A stretch of 64,000 nucleotides of DNA from Halarcobacter sp. (GCA_048571215.1 CP182352.1:608001-672000); one strand, 5' to 3'. Shown: positions 27,142 through 37,382, counted from the stretch's first letter. Made by a program: numbers and translations. Notes: generated by a model not told the origin, from the sequence alone.

Positions 27142-27850
27142 AAAACTATTATCAAAATATTTGAGTGTAAATAAACTTTTGCTGTACCTCTTGGCTTTCT
27201 CAACTTTCTTTTGTGAAAAAGAAAGTAGCAAAGAAACCATCCCGCAGGTTTCGAAGGTGAAACTTCCCTCGTTTATTATTTATTGTTTCTGTTTTGTAAA
27301 ACTCACATAAAAATATGCTCCCAGCATATTTGTTCTGTTCAAACAGTTACAAAACTTTTCCGAAACAATAAATAAACACTCGGCTTCTCAAATGCGGGAA
27401 AGTAGGATAAGGACCTTTTCATTTTTTTATACCATTTTATTTGGATTGGTGTAATACTCAAATACTGAAAGAAAGTTCAAGGCTAGTGCATTTCAGTCCA
27501 GACTTTGTTGAAGCTGGAACTTTTTCTTTTTTTACGGTGAAAAGTGAGGAGTTGTTTGAGCGTAAAAAAAGAGTGACTAACTCACTCTTTTAGCGAGTCC
27601 CACAACGCAGTAAAAAAATAATAAGTGGAAGGTAGCTTTGCCTTTAACAACGCGTCTGGTTGCTTTTTTGCTTCTTTTTTACAACTAAAAAAGATGAAAG
27701 CGAAGAACTTGTTCTTCAAGACAATTGCATACAATAAAAACTATTATCAAAATATTTGAATATAAATGAACTTTTACTATACGTCTTAACTCTATCAACT
27801 TTCTTTTATAAAAAAGAAAGTAGCATACGAACCACCCGCGGGTTTCGAAG
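27142..27850. repeat. Structured non-coding repeat array: ~115-bp direct repeat (27142-27256 / 27737-27850) around two oppositely oriented long-hairpin units
   Basis: Nested stems TCCCGCA/TGCGGGA, GTTTTGTAA/TTACAAAAC, AAATATGCT/AGCATATTT, CCAGAC/GTCTGG, AAAAGAGTGA/TCACTCTTTT. Confidence 0.75.
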
Positions 27851-27909
27851 ACAGAAGTTTTACGAGCTTTTCATTTATTGAAATTTTTTATAAAAAACCC
27901 ACGAATTTA

Positions 27910-28944
27910 TCAATTCGCAGGTTCTTCTACAATAATATTTTTTTTCTTTACATGCCTTTTTGTAGCAAAAAGGTGTATATTATTAAAGCGTTGTTTTACA
28001 AGTCCCCATAAGCCTTGTGGTGCTTTTATCATAATAATAATTGTAAAGATTCCTAAAATCACTAAGTACCAAGTACCTAAGCTACTCATGGTTTCCCTCA
28101 TTGTTATATAAACTAGTGTTCCAATAATTGGACCCTCTATTGTTCCTATTCCACCTATTACAACTATAAAAAACATAATTGCTGTCCAGTCTATTGAGAA
28201 GGCTGCTTCTGGTGATACTCTTAATTTTGTAATAAAGATTAAAGCTCCTGCCATTCCTGTAACAAAGGCTGCTATTAGATATACTGTTAGTTTAACTTTT
28301 TTTACTTTTATACCTAGACTTTCAGAGGCTACTTCACTATCCCTAACGGCTGTTAGTGAGGTACCATATTTTGAACGAAGCAGATATGCTACAAGTAATA
28401 CAGAACCAACTCCTAGTAAAATAGCAAACCATAGAGTTAAAGACTCTCTCCACCAAGTTGGAATACCCCTCATAGTTTTTGTAATTGATAGTCCAGAACC
28501 ACCACCTAACCATGATACATTAGAAAATAGTAGTCTAAAGGTTTCAGCTAAAACCCAAGTTCCAACTGCAAAGTAAGCCCCTTTTAATCTAAAGGCAACT
28601 TTTGAAACCATAAAGGCAACTATTAGTGAAATTACACCAGCAAGGGGTATAACCATAAAGGGATCCATCCCTAGTTTATAAGCAAAAATAACTAAACAAT
28701 AAGCTCCAATTCCTACAAAAAGTTGTTGTCCAACTGATAATAGACCTCCATATCCAGCCAAAAGATTCCACATTTGTGCCAAAGATAAGATATATAAAAA
28801 CTCTGTAACTTTTCGTATATCAGCTCGTCCCAACCACCAAGGAGTTGATATTAAAAATATTATAAAAAATACTGTGAAGACAGAAAAACCTTTGGTGACT
28901 TTATTCCCTCTTGTTATCTCATATTTGTTTGATAAAGATTCCAT
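27910..28944 (-). CDS. Branched-chain-type ABC permease (LivM-like)
   Basis: WNLLAGYGGLLSVGQ, AVRDSEVASESLGI, IGGIGTIEGP. Confidence 0.9.
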   Translation of the reverse strand: MESLSNKYEITRGNKVTKGFSVFTVFFIIFLISTPWWLGRADIRKVTEFLYILSLAQMWNLLAGYGGLLSVGQQLFVGIGAYCLVIFAYKLGMDPFMVIPLAGVISLIVAFMVSKVAFRLKGAYFAVGTWVLAETFRLLFSNVSWLGGGSGLSITKTMRGIPTWWRESLTLWFAILLGVGSVLLVAYLLRSKYGTSLTAVRDSEVASESLGIKVKKVKLTVYLIAAFVTGMAGALIFITKLRVSPEAAFSIDWTAIMFFIVVIGGIGTIEGPIIGTLVYITMRETMSSLGTWYLVILGIFTIIIMIKAPQGLWGLVKQRFNNIHLFATKRHVKKKNIIVEEPAN

Positions 28945-29816
28945 TATTTTTCCTTTGTCTTTGGAAACAATCCATTTGGTTTAAGCATTAAAACTACTAT
29001 AAAAACTATGTGACCAGCTAAGATACCCCAACCTGGGTCTATATTTGAGCCAATAGTTTGTGCAATTCCCAAAATAACTCCACCAACTAATGTTCCCCAA
29101 AAAGAACCAAGACCTCCAATAATCACAACCTCAAAGGCATATAAAAGTTGAAGTGGACCAGCTGAAGGATCAAAATTTGTACGAATAGCCAATAAAACAC
29201 CAGCTATTGCAGTAACACCTAAAGCCAATCCCATAGCCATAGCATATATATGTTTTGTTTTTATCCCCATAAGTTGTGAGGTGATATGATCATCGGATGT
29301 AGCCCTAAAACACATCCCAAGTTTTGTACGATAAAAGATATATTGTAAGGCAAATATAACTGCTATTGCAATTATTATGGTGATTAAAGGGAAAACACCA
29401 ATTGCTATGTTATTACTTAGATTTATACTAGCAACTTCAATTTCTCCTGCATTTAGTCCTCTAAAATCTGCTGAAAAAACTTCAAGAAGCAGATTTTGAA
29501 TAATAATAGACATTCCAAAGGTTACAAGTAAAGCTGGCATTACATCATTTCCCAAAGTTTTATTTAGAACTAACCTTTGTAAAACATATCCAAATAGTGC
29601 CATTAGAGGTACTACTAAAACTATAGTATAAAAAGGGTTTATTTGTAGGGGTTGTACAATTGCATAGGCAAGATAAGCAGCAAGGATTATAAAATCTCCA
29701 TGTGCCATATTGATTATTCTCATCACACCAAATGACAAAGAAAGACCTGTTGCAAAAAGAGCATATAAACCACCAAGCAATAAACCTTGAACAATAACAT
29801 TAATCCATTCAATCAT
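28944..29816 (-). CDS. Branched-chain-type ABC permease (LivH-like)
   Basis: GVMRIINMAHGD, GGLGSFWG. Confidence 0.9.
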   Translation of the reverse strand: MIEWINVIVQGLLLGGLYALFATGLSLSFGVMRIINMAHGDFIILAAYLAYAIVQPLQINPFYTIVLVVPLMALFGYVLQRLVLNKTLGNDVMPALLVTFGMSIIIQNLLLEVFSADFRGLNAGEIEVASINLSNNIAIGVFPLITIIIAIAVIFALQYIFYRTKLGMCFRATSDDHITSQLMGIKTKHIYAMAMGLALGVTAIAGVLLAIRTNFDPSAGPLQLLYAFEVVIIGGLGSFWGTLVGGVILGIAQTIGSNIDPGWGILAGHIVFIVVLMLKPNGLFPKTKEK

Positions 29817-29818
29817 AA

Positions 29819-30517
29819 CTACACTCCAAAATAAGCTTGTGATATCTCATCACGCGATAATTCATTTGGATTTCCTTGTAAAGAGACTCGTCCTTCTTGA
29901 AAACAATAAACCCTATCTGATACTTTTAGCGCTTGATTAATATCTTGTTCAACTATTACAATAGAAATACCTTGTTTTTTTATCTCTGGAAATATTGCAT
30001 AAATATCTTTTACAATTACAGGTGCTAGTCCTAAAGAGATCTCATCACAAAGTAATACCTTGGGATTTGACATCAAACCTCTTCCTATAGCTACCATTTG
30101 TTGTTGACCACCTGATAGGGCAGTTCCAGGAGATAAGCGACGCTCTTTTAAGATAGGAAAAAGTTCATAGATTTTTTCTAAATTCCATTTACCATCTCGT
30201 TTAGATTCTTTACCTATAAGAAGATTTTCCTCAACTGTTAGACTAGGGAAAAGTTTCCTACCTTCTGGAACCATGGCTATGCCAAGTTTAGCAATATCAT
30301 CTGCTGCTAAGCCACCTATATTTTTTTTATTTAAAACAATAGATTCACTTTCTACACTTATAAGACCTGTAATTGATTTTAAAAAGGTTGATTTACCTGC
30401 TCCATTAGAACCAATAATTGCTACAGTCTCACCTTCATTTAACTTAAAGTCAATACCAAATAGTGCTTGAAAGTCTCCATATTTTGCTATTAGGTTTTTA
30501 CATTCTAAAATACTCAT
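29819..30517 (-). CDS. ABC ATPase (LivF-like)
   Basis: GSNGAGKS, LSGGQQQ. Confidence 0.92.
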   Translation of the reverse strand: MSILECKNLIAKYGDFQALFGIDFKLNEGETVAIIGSNGAGKSTFLKSITGLISVESESIVLNKKNIGGLAADDIAKLGIAMVPEGRKLFPSLTVEENLLIGKESKRDGKWNLEKIYELFPILKERRLSPGTALSGGQQQMVAIGRGLMSNPKVLLCDEISLGLAPVIVKDIYAIFPEIKKQGISIVIVEQDINQALKVSDRVYCFQEGRVSLQGNPNELSRDEISQAYFGV

Positions 30518-31236
30518 TCTACTTCTATCCCCATATATACCTCTTTTACTTCAGGACTATTCATAACCATTTTGGGCTCACCTTGAATAAGCATTTGACC
30601 AAAGTTTATAGCTACTAAACGATCAACTACTGAAAGTAGGGCATGAACAATATGTTCTATCCAGATTATAGAAACACCTTGTTTTCTTATGTTTTGGATT
30701 AGCTCTATTAGTTCATGTACTTCATGTTCAGTAAGACCGCCTGCAATCTCATCAAGAAGTAAAATTTTTGGTTGTGTTGACATTGCTTTTGCAAGCTCCA
30801 ATCTTTTTCTCTCAAGTAAGGATAAGGTTCCTGCTAATGTTTCTGATTTGTCTATTAGTCCTGTTTGTTCTAATACATGTAATGCTAACTGCTCAGCTTC
30901 TTTTTCTGAATGATTATTACCATAAACAGCTCCCACAAATACATTTTCAAATACACTCATTCCCTCAAAAGGGTGGGGAACTTGATATGTTCTCCCAAAG
31001 CCCTCTAAACATCTACTTGAAGCATCTAAAGATAAAATACTCTTGTCATTTAATAAAATATCTCCACTATCTGGTTTCAAATCCCCTGATATAAGGTTGA
31101 AAAGTGTAGTCTTACCCGCACCATTTGGACCTAATATACCTATAGCTTCACCTTCTTTTAGGTCAAATGATAAATTATCTGTGACCTTTAAGGAACCAAA
31201 ACTTTTTGAAACATTTTTTACTGATAATAAACTCAA
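30514..31236 (-). CDS. ABC ATPase (LivG-like)
   Basis: GPNGAGKT, LLLDE, IEH. Confidence 0.92.
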   Translation of the reverse strand: MSLLSVKNVSKSFGSLKVTDNLSFDLKEGEAIGILGPNGAGKTTLFNLISGDLKPDSGDILLNDKSILSLDASSRCLEGFGRTYQVPHPFEGMSVFENVFVGAVYGNNHSEKEAEQLALHVLEQTGLIDKSETLAGTLSLLERKRLELAKAMSTQPKILLLDEIAGGLTEHEVHELIELIQNIRKQGVSIIWIEHIVHALLSVVDRLVAINFGQMLIQGEPKMVMNSPEVKEVYMGIEVE

Positions 31237-31270
31237 AAAAACTCCTATTATTTTAATAATTCAAAAGCTT

Positions 31271-32563
31271 TTAATTCTTAATAGCTTTTAGTTTTCCTTG
31301 TACCTTGATATCTTTTGCTTGAGAGTTTTCAACTATAACCAAATCAAGTTTTTTATCTTTTCTTCTCCATTGACCTGAAACTAGTGGTGTTTTACTAATA
31401 TTTGGAACAGGACCTGTTTTGAAGTTTACATGTCCAACTACAGAGGCATAGTCTGTTGAGGCTATGGCATCTCTTATAGCTTCAAGATTACCTGGACCTT
31501 TTGATCTTTTTAATACATCAATTGCAACTTCAAATAAAGCATGTTTAAATCCAAGTGGCATAGTCCATTGTTTATTTGTAGCTTTTGTATAAGCATCTGC
31601 AAGTTGTTGTGATGTTTGTCCTGTTAGACCAGATGTGTATGGGTGAGTTGGAGACCACCATACTTCAACACTTAAGTTATTTGCTCTTTTCCCAAAAGGT
31701 TCAATAGCAATAGGGAACTCACTAGCTTTTGCAACTGTTACGATTTTTGGTTTAAATCCTTGTTGCCCAGCTTGGTTCCAAAAATTTGCAAAATCTGGTG
31801 GTGGAATAACTCCTGTTACTATCTCAACACCTTGTTTTTTAAATTCATATATATATGATGAAAAGTCACTTGATGGAGATTGATATCTTCCTAAATCAAC
31901 GATTTTATAACCTTTTTCTTTTAGAACTGGAGGGAAACCATGCTCTTTATCTCCCCAAGCATTACCATCAGAATCATTTGGAAAAAGAACACCAATCACT
32001 TTATTTGTAGGAATCTCTTCCCAAAGATTTGTGTAAGAACCAATAACATCTTCTAATCCCCAAAAGAAATGATATGTCCATTCAAATCCCTCTTTAGGAT
32101 CTCCTCCTCGACCAAAAAAGTGAGGTTGCCATGGAGTATCAGTTGTAAGGCAAGGTACACCATTTAGTTCACATTGATCTGCAACTGGATTTGTTGTTGC
32201 TGGAGTACTAGCAGCTATTACAATATCCACTTCATCATTTAATATTAGTTCAGATGCAACTTCAGAAGCTCGATTTGAATTAGATTGACTATCTTTATAA
32301 ATAATCTCAACAGGATGCGTTGTGCCATTTATTGTAATACCATCTTTTAGTGCTTCTTTTACTTGATTTAATGTAAAAGTATCTGGCTCTGCAAATATCG
32401 CTAATGGTCCAGTTTGAGGACTAACATAACCAATCTTAAAAGCTTTTCCTTTTTTACTAGATGCAGCAAAAGTGCTTGTTGCATTTAAAATTGTCATTCC
32501 TCCAACAGCAGCTGTACCTAAACGCTTTAAAGCCTCACGACGAGTTAAAGTATTATTGTTCAT
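31271..32563 (-). CDS. Tat-exported ABC substrate-binding protein (HAAT/aromatic type)
   Basis: TRREALK twin-arginine signal; IGYVSPQTGPLA. Confidence 0.88.
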   Translation of the reverse strand: MNNNTLTRREALKRLGTAAVGGMTILNATSTFAASSKKGKAFKIGYVSPQTGPLAIFAEPDTFTLNQVKEALKDGITINGTTHPVEIIYKDSQSNSNRASEVASELILNDEVDIVIAASTPATTNPVADQCELNGVPCLTTDTPWQPHFFGRGGDPKEGFEWTYHFFWGLEDVIGSYTNLWEEIPTNKVIGVLFPNDSDGNAWGDKEHGFPPVLKEKGYKIVDLGRYQSPSSDFSSYIYEFKKQGVEIVTGVIPPPDFANFWNQAGQQGFKPKIVTVAKASEFPIAIEPFGKRANNLSVEVWWSPTHPYTSGLTGQTSQQLADAYTKATNKQWTMPLGFKHALFEVAIDVLKRSKGPGNLEAIRDAIASTDYASVVGHVNFKTGPVPNISKTPLVSGQWRRKDKKLDLVIVENSQAKDIKVQGKLKAIKN

Positions 32564-32602
32564 CTTTTTTCCCTTATAAATGTATTTATGTCCTTCAAAA
32601 TC

Positions 32603-32635
32603 ATTATTACAAAAACTTATCGCTTCTTAATCGCG
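32603..32635 (-). promoter_or_regulatory. GCGA-box promoter 4 (ABC operon)
   Basis: CGCGATTAAGAAGCGA-N11-AATAAT. Confidence 0.75.
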
Positions 32636-32662
32636 AATTAAATTTTTTTTAAATCATTTAAT

Positions 32663-32695
32663 AGCGATAATTTCGCGAAACATTTTTGGAATAAT
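32663..32695 (+). promoter_or_regulatory. GCGA-box promoter 5 (family-3 SBP)
   Basis: AGCGATAATTTCGCGA-N11-AATAAT. Confidence 0.75.
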
Positions 32696-32746
32696 CTATT
32701 CAACAAATCTTAATAAGTTTTGTAAATCAAATTAGAGGGAGAAGGG

Positions 32747-33472
32747 ATGAGTGTTAAGTTTGGTAAAGTATTTTTCTTTACAATATTTGTTTTTTTTAGT
32801 TGTGTATCAGTATTTGCAGGTGAGTATAAAGCTTCATTAGCTCAAATGCCCGTATATGCTGAAAGTACAGACAAGGGTGTATTAGTTGATCTAACTAAGG
32901 CTATTGAAAAAGCAAGTGGTGAGACTATATCTATAAAAGTGATGCCTTTTGCAAGTTCTGTTTATATGGCACAAAAAGGAAAAGTAGATTTTCATATGCC
33001 ACTAATCAAAAATGATACAATTAGTGAAGACAAACTACCTTTTATGTACTCAAATGAGACTATCTTTCATGTTAATTTTGTTTTATATACAAAAAAAGGA
33101 AGTGATGTAACTTTAGATAATTTATCAAGTAAAAAAGTTGAAACAGATAGAGCTCATGTAAACTACTTTCCTTTTGATATTAAACCAACAAACTCTATTG
33201 CAAAAAGTTTAGAAAAAGTTGAGAGTGGGGCAATAGATGCCTTTATTTTTGCAGATTTTGCTACAGATCCATTTTTAAAACAATCAGGTTCTAAAGATAT
33301 ACAAAGAAGTTTATATAAAGTGTTTGAGTCTAAAATTGTATTACCTAAAACACAAAGGGGTAAAGATGTTGATAAGATGTTAACAACTGCAATTGAAAAA
33401 CTAAGAAAAAGTAAAGAACTAGAAAAGATTATGCATAATATCGACTTACCTTACGATAATTGGCAACCATAA
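32747..33472 (+). CDS. Orphan periplasmic solute-binding protein (family 3-like)
   Basis: Signal peptide, GVLVDL, GKVDF, GAIDAFI. Confidence 0.8.
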   Translation: MSVKFGKVFFFTIFVFFSCVSVFAGEYKASLAQMPVYAESTDKGVLVDLTKAIEKASGETISIKVMPFASSVYMAQKGKVDFHMPLIKNDTISEDKLPFMYSNETIFHVNFVLYTKKGSDVTLDNLSSKKVETDRAHVNYFPFDIKPTNSIAKSLEKVESGAIDAFIFADFATDPFLKQSGSKDIQRSLYKVFESKIVLPKTQRGKDVDKMLTTAIEKLRKSKELEKIMHNIDLPYDNWQP

Positions 33473-33477
33473 ACAAA

Positions 33478-33500
33478 ATAAGCGGTAAAAAACCGCTTAT
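33478..33500. terminator. Bidirectional hairpin terminator
   Basis: ATAAGCGGT-AAAAA-ACCGCTTAT between convergent genes. Confidence 0.7.
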
Positions 33501-35161
33501 TAATCTATCAAATCAAATGTTATATTAAAACAAGCACCTTTATACTCTTTTTTATTATATTTATATTGTTTATTGAACACTACAATTTTACCTTTATGTC
33601 GTTCATCTATTATATTTTGAGACATTGATAAGCCTAATCCAGTACCTTGATATTGATGTTTTGTAGTAAAATAAGGGTCAAATATTTTGTCAATAATATC
33701 TTCAGAAATCCCTTGTCCACTATCACAAATTGATAACTGAATTTTATTTGAATCAAGTTTTTTAGTTGAGATAAATATTAGTCTATCATTCTCTTTTTTA
33801 ATATTTTGTTTTAGGGCATCTTTTGCATTATTTAATATATTTATAAAAGCTTCAGATAACTCATTTTTATTTCCAAAAATCTTACCATCATCTTCTATAT
33901 CTAATATTAGGTTTATATAGTTGTGTTTTAATGAAGGGGCTATTAAATTTAATGATATCTCTATAACATCTTTTAAGAAAACTTCTTGAATTATATTTTC
34001 ACCTTTAATAAAGTTTCTAAAATTGTCAATTGTATTTGATAAATAATTTGACTGTTTCATTATAATCTCTACAGTTTCATTTATGTATTCTTTTGTTATC
34101 TCTCCAAATTCTGATTCTAGTTTGATTCCACTAGCTGAGGTTGTAATTACACTTAGAGGTTGTCTCCATTGATGGGCAATATTTCCTATCATTTCACCCA
34201 TAGATGCTAGTCTTGCTTGTTGCTCCATGATTTTTAAAGTGGAGATATTTTTTAAAGTTAAAAGAATTCTTTTCTTATCAGGTAATAAAGACATACTAAT
34301 ACTTACAGTTATTTTTCTATTTCCATTTACAATATAATCTTTTTCAAAATCTTTAGAATGACCAGTTTTTATAACTTGTTCTAAAGCATCTTGATTTCTG
34401 TCTCTATGTTCTAAGATAGTTAGTTCATTTGAACTTTTATTTAAAAGTTCTTTTTTTGTATAACCTGTCATCTCTAAAAAAGCTTTATTAAAGTTCAAAA
34501 AATTTGTTTCAAAATCGATAATTGCAATTCCATCTTTTGCATAATTAAAAATTGTTTCAAGTTCATTTTTTTTAGCTTCTAATTCATCTTTTAATTTTTG
34601 TTGTTTAGCTGATTCTCTCAATAGTTTTAAAGTATTTGTAGATAAAACTTTATACATTGACATTACTAGACTAGTTAGTTTTTTTGTATTGCCATCCATT
34701 CTTTTTTGAGCTTCTTTATAAGCTTCTTCATAAGATTTTCCTTTTTTCAATGACATAACCTTATATGCCATAAATCTATCTGATTCAAGGATGTGGGATA
34801 CTAACCATTGCACAAGAAAATCAAGTATATTCTCAGCAATCTCCTCTATAGTACTATTTTTTGCTTTTTTAATTAATTTTTTTAGTTCTTGTATAAAATT
34901 TTTATGAATTTTTTGATGTTTTATTTCACTTTCTTTATTATTTATATACTTATTCCAAATTGTTTCTTCTGAATTAAAATGGTAATTTGTATAATCGATA
35001 AGTTCATTAAATATATTATTAATATCTATAGAATTTGAATTGTATGCAAATTGTGTTGCTAAATTATTTATTATATCAACTAATTTTTTGTGTTGTTGAT
35101 CGACAATCTCAATGCCTGTATTAAAACTATCATTCCACGGAATAATATCAATTTTATTCAT
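33500..35161 (-). CDS. Bacteriohemerythrin-PAS histidine kinase
   Basis: W..TGIEIVDQQH, HFNSEE, HQKIH, HILESD; PAS; IAHQWRQPL; GTGLGL. Confidence 0.9.
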   Translation of the reverse strand: MNKIDIIPWNDSFNTGIEIVDQQHKKLVDIINNLATQFAYNSNSIDINNIFNELIDYTNYHFNSEETIWNKYINNKESEIKHQKIHKNFIQELKKLIKKAKNSTIEEIAENILDFLVQWLVSHILESDRFMAYKVMSLKKGKSYEEAYKEAQKRMDGNTKKLTSLVMSMYKVLSTNTLKLLRESAKQQKLKDELEAKKNELETIFNYAKDGIAIIDFETNFLNFNKAFLEMTGYTKKELLNKSSNELTILEHRDRNQDALEQVIKTGHSKDFEKDYIVNGNRKITVSISMSLLPDKKRILLTLKNISTLKIMEQQARLASMGEMIGNIAHQWRQPLSVITTSASGIKLESEFGEITKEYINETVEIIMKQSNYLSNTIDNFRNFIKGENIIQEVFLKDVIEISLNLIAPSLKHNYINLILDIEDDGKIFGNKNELSEAFINILNNAKDALKQNIKKENDRLIFISTKKLDSNKIQLSICDSGQGISEDIIDKIFDPYFTTKHQYQGTGLGLSMSQNIIDERHKGKIVVFNKQYKYNKKEYKGACFNITFDLID

Positions 35162-35247
35162 TAAAATCCTTATAAATACTATTATTATATAAATATAATA
35201 AATTATTAATTAATCATAAAAATATCAATAATAATTTAATAATTATT

Positions 35248-36009
35248 TTATAATAATTCTATTTTATAACCAGTATTATTTTGATTTATAATTAAATCTT
35301 TATGTATTTTATTCCTTAATCTAAAAAGCAAAGACCTAAAAGCGGCATATCCTGCTGGTTCATCTTGCCATATTGCATATTCTAATTGTTCTTGAGAAAT
35401 ATTTTGTCCTGGCGTTTGACATAAAACTTTTATGATTTTTATCTCTTTTGAGGTTAGTTTTACTGGATCATCCCCAAAATACAAAATCTCTTTTTCTTTA
35501 TCAAACAGATAACCATATTTTAGTTTGATAGTTCTTGATTTTGATTCTGTATTTAAAGATAATTTATGTTCTAAGGTTTTATTTATATTTTGTACAGCAG
35601 TTAAACTACTTTTATTTTTATTATCCTCATAGGATTTTTTTAGTGCAACTTCTATTGCTGCTTGAAGATGACTTTTTTTGTATGGTTTAATCAAGTATCC
35701 ATAGGCTAAAGTTTCAGAAGCTTCTTTTATTGTTGCAAGTTCAGAGTTTGCTGTTAAAAAAATAACAGGTACATTAGGTAAAATATTTTTTAATTCTTTT
35801 GCTAAAACTATTCCTGTTGTTGGACCTTGAAGATATATATCCATTAGAATCAAATCAGGTACAATTTTCTTTTCATTTAATAGTTTCATTGTATTACAAC
35901 GGTTATTTGCAATTCCACAAGGTTCATATTCCAACTCAGCTAAAACATGTTTTAGATTTAAAGCAATAATTGGCTCATCTTCAACTATTAAAATTTTTAT
36001 TTTACTCAT
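35248..36009 (-). CDS. Response regulator (REC + wHTH), copy 2
   Basis: Close paralogue of 15721-16479 (shared EYAIWQDEPAGYAAFRS). Confidence 0.92.
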   Translation of the reverse strand: MSKIKILIVEDEPIIALNLKHVLAELEYEPCGIANNRCNTMKLLNEKKIVPDLILMDIYLQGPTTGIVLAKELKNILPNVPVIFLTANSELATIKEASETLAYGYLIKPYKKSHLQAAIEVALKKSYEDNKNKSSLTAVQNINKTLEHKLSLNTESKSRTIKLKYGYLFDKEKEILYFGDDPVKLTSKEIKIIKVLCQTPGQNISQEQLEYAIWQDEPAGYAAFRSLLFRLRNKIHKDLIINQNNTGYKIELL

Positions 36010-37307
36010 TTAATCTCCTTTTTGGGAAATACAATATTGCATTCCAAACCATTATTATTTGTAAACTCTATTTTTCCATGTAATTGAAAATCAACTATAG
36101 AATGGATTAGTTGCATACCTATAGAATCAGCTTTTTCTAACTTATCTAAATCTTTAAGACCTTCACCGTTATCTCTTATTTTTACATGTATATCTTCACC
36201 TTTTAATCTCATATGAACACAGAGTAAGTTTTTTTTATCCTCTTTAAAGGCATATTTAAAAGCATTTACACAAAGTTCATGAAGAAGCATCCCTACTTGG
36301 ATAGATTTATTTATAGAAAACTCCATTTTATCGATATTTAAATCAACATCTATATGGGTATTATTTGAGATATATAACTCTTTTATATCTTCAATAAGTT
36401 TTTCAAGATACTCATTTACATTTATATAAGCTAGGTTTTCTCCTAAGTATAAAAATTCATGAACTAAAGCCATTGCATGGATTTTACTTCTACTCTCCTT
36501 CATCTGTTCTTTAAACTTTTCATCTTCCGATTTATATGCTTGCATATTAAGTAATGAAGAGATTATTTCCATATTATTTTTTACTCTATGGTGTATCTCT
36601 TTTAGCAAAATCTCTTTTTCTTTTACAGATTTTTGTAGCTCTTCATTCATATTTGTGATTTTATTTCTATTTGCAATCCTTTGGGTCATATCTCTAGCAA
36701 AAGCACAAATATACTCTTTATCATTGTAGATAAAGGAGTGACCAGAAACCTCCACTGGATATAAGGTCCCATCTTTTCTTTTATGTACTGATTCTATTCT
36801 CCAATTTGGAGTATTCTTTATCTCTTGCATACAAAAAGGTGAGGTCTGTCTTGTAAAGTTAGGGTCAACATCCTCCAAATACATATTTTCAAACTCCTCT
36901 TTTGAATACCCATCTAATTTGCAAGTGGCATTGTTAACATATATAAATTTTCCATCTAGGGTAAACCAATGTATGGCATCAACAGAATGATCAAGAGCAA
37001 ACTCATAGGGTGCCAATCTATCTTTCTCTTTTTGTTTTAAATCATTATATGCTCTTTCTATATTTTTAATAACTTTTTGCATATGGTTAATCATTAAATA
37101 AAGTATTATTCCTGTTGAAATAATAAATAAAATGCCAAAAGTTAGGGGACCTTGCTTGCTTATATCATTGTTTTCAAAAAAAATACTAACTAACTTATCT
37201 AGAAGGGTTATCCCCACTATTCCAACTAAAATAAAAGTTATAGAAAAACGTTTTGCTATTTTATTTGTATTAAAAAATCTTCTACTTATATTTAACATTT
37301 TTGTCAC
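36006..37307 (-). CDS. 2TM-PAS-HisKA_2 sensor kinase, copy 2
   Basis: Same 433-aa length and motifs as 16479-17780. Confidence 0.92.
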   Translation of the reverse strand: MTKMLNISRRFFNTNKIAKRFSITFILVGIVGITLLDKLVSIFFENNDISKQGPLTFGILFIISTGIILYLMINHMQKVIKNIERAYNDLKQKEKDRLAPYEFALDHSVDAIHWFTLDGKFIYVNNATCKLDGYSKEEFENMYLEDVDPNFTRQTSPFCMQEIKNTPNWRIESVHKRKDGTLYPVEVSGHSFIYNDKEYICAFARDMTQRIANRNKITNMNEELQKSVKEKEILLKEIHHRVKNNMEIISSLLNMQAYKSEDEKFKEQMKESRSKIHAMALVHEFLYLGENLAYINVNEYLEKLIEDIKELYISNNTHIDVDLNIDKMEFSINKSIQVGMLLHELCVNAFKYAFKEDKKNLLCVHMRLKGEDIHVKIRDNGEGLKDLDKLEKADSIGMQLIHSIVDFQLHGKIEFTNNNGLECNIVFPKKEIK

Positions 37308-37349
37308 CTTTTCAAAATTATATCATATAAATTTTTTTAAGTTAAACAG

Positions 37350-37382
37350 TGCGAATATTTCGCGAATAATTTTTTATATACT
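37350..37382 (+). promoter_or_regulatory. GCGA-box promoter 6 (mdh)
   Basis: TGCGAATATTTCGCGA-N11-TATACT. Confidence 0.8.

Noticed and set aside
26965..27310. ORFs 26965-27240(-) and 27113-27310(+)
   Set aside because: No recognisable motifs; they overlap the structured repeat and are likely spurious
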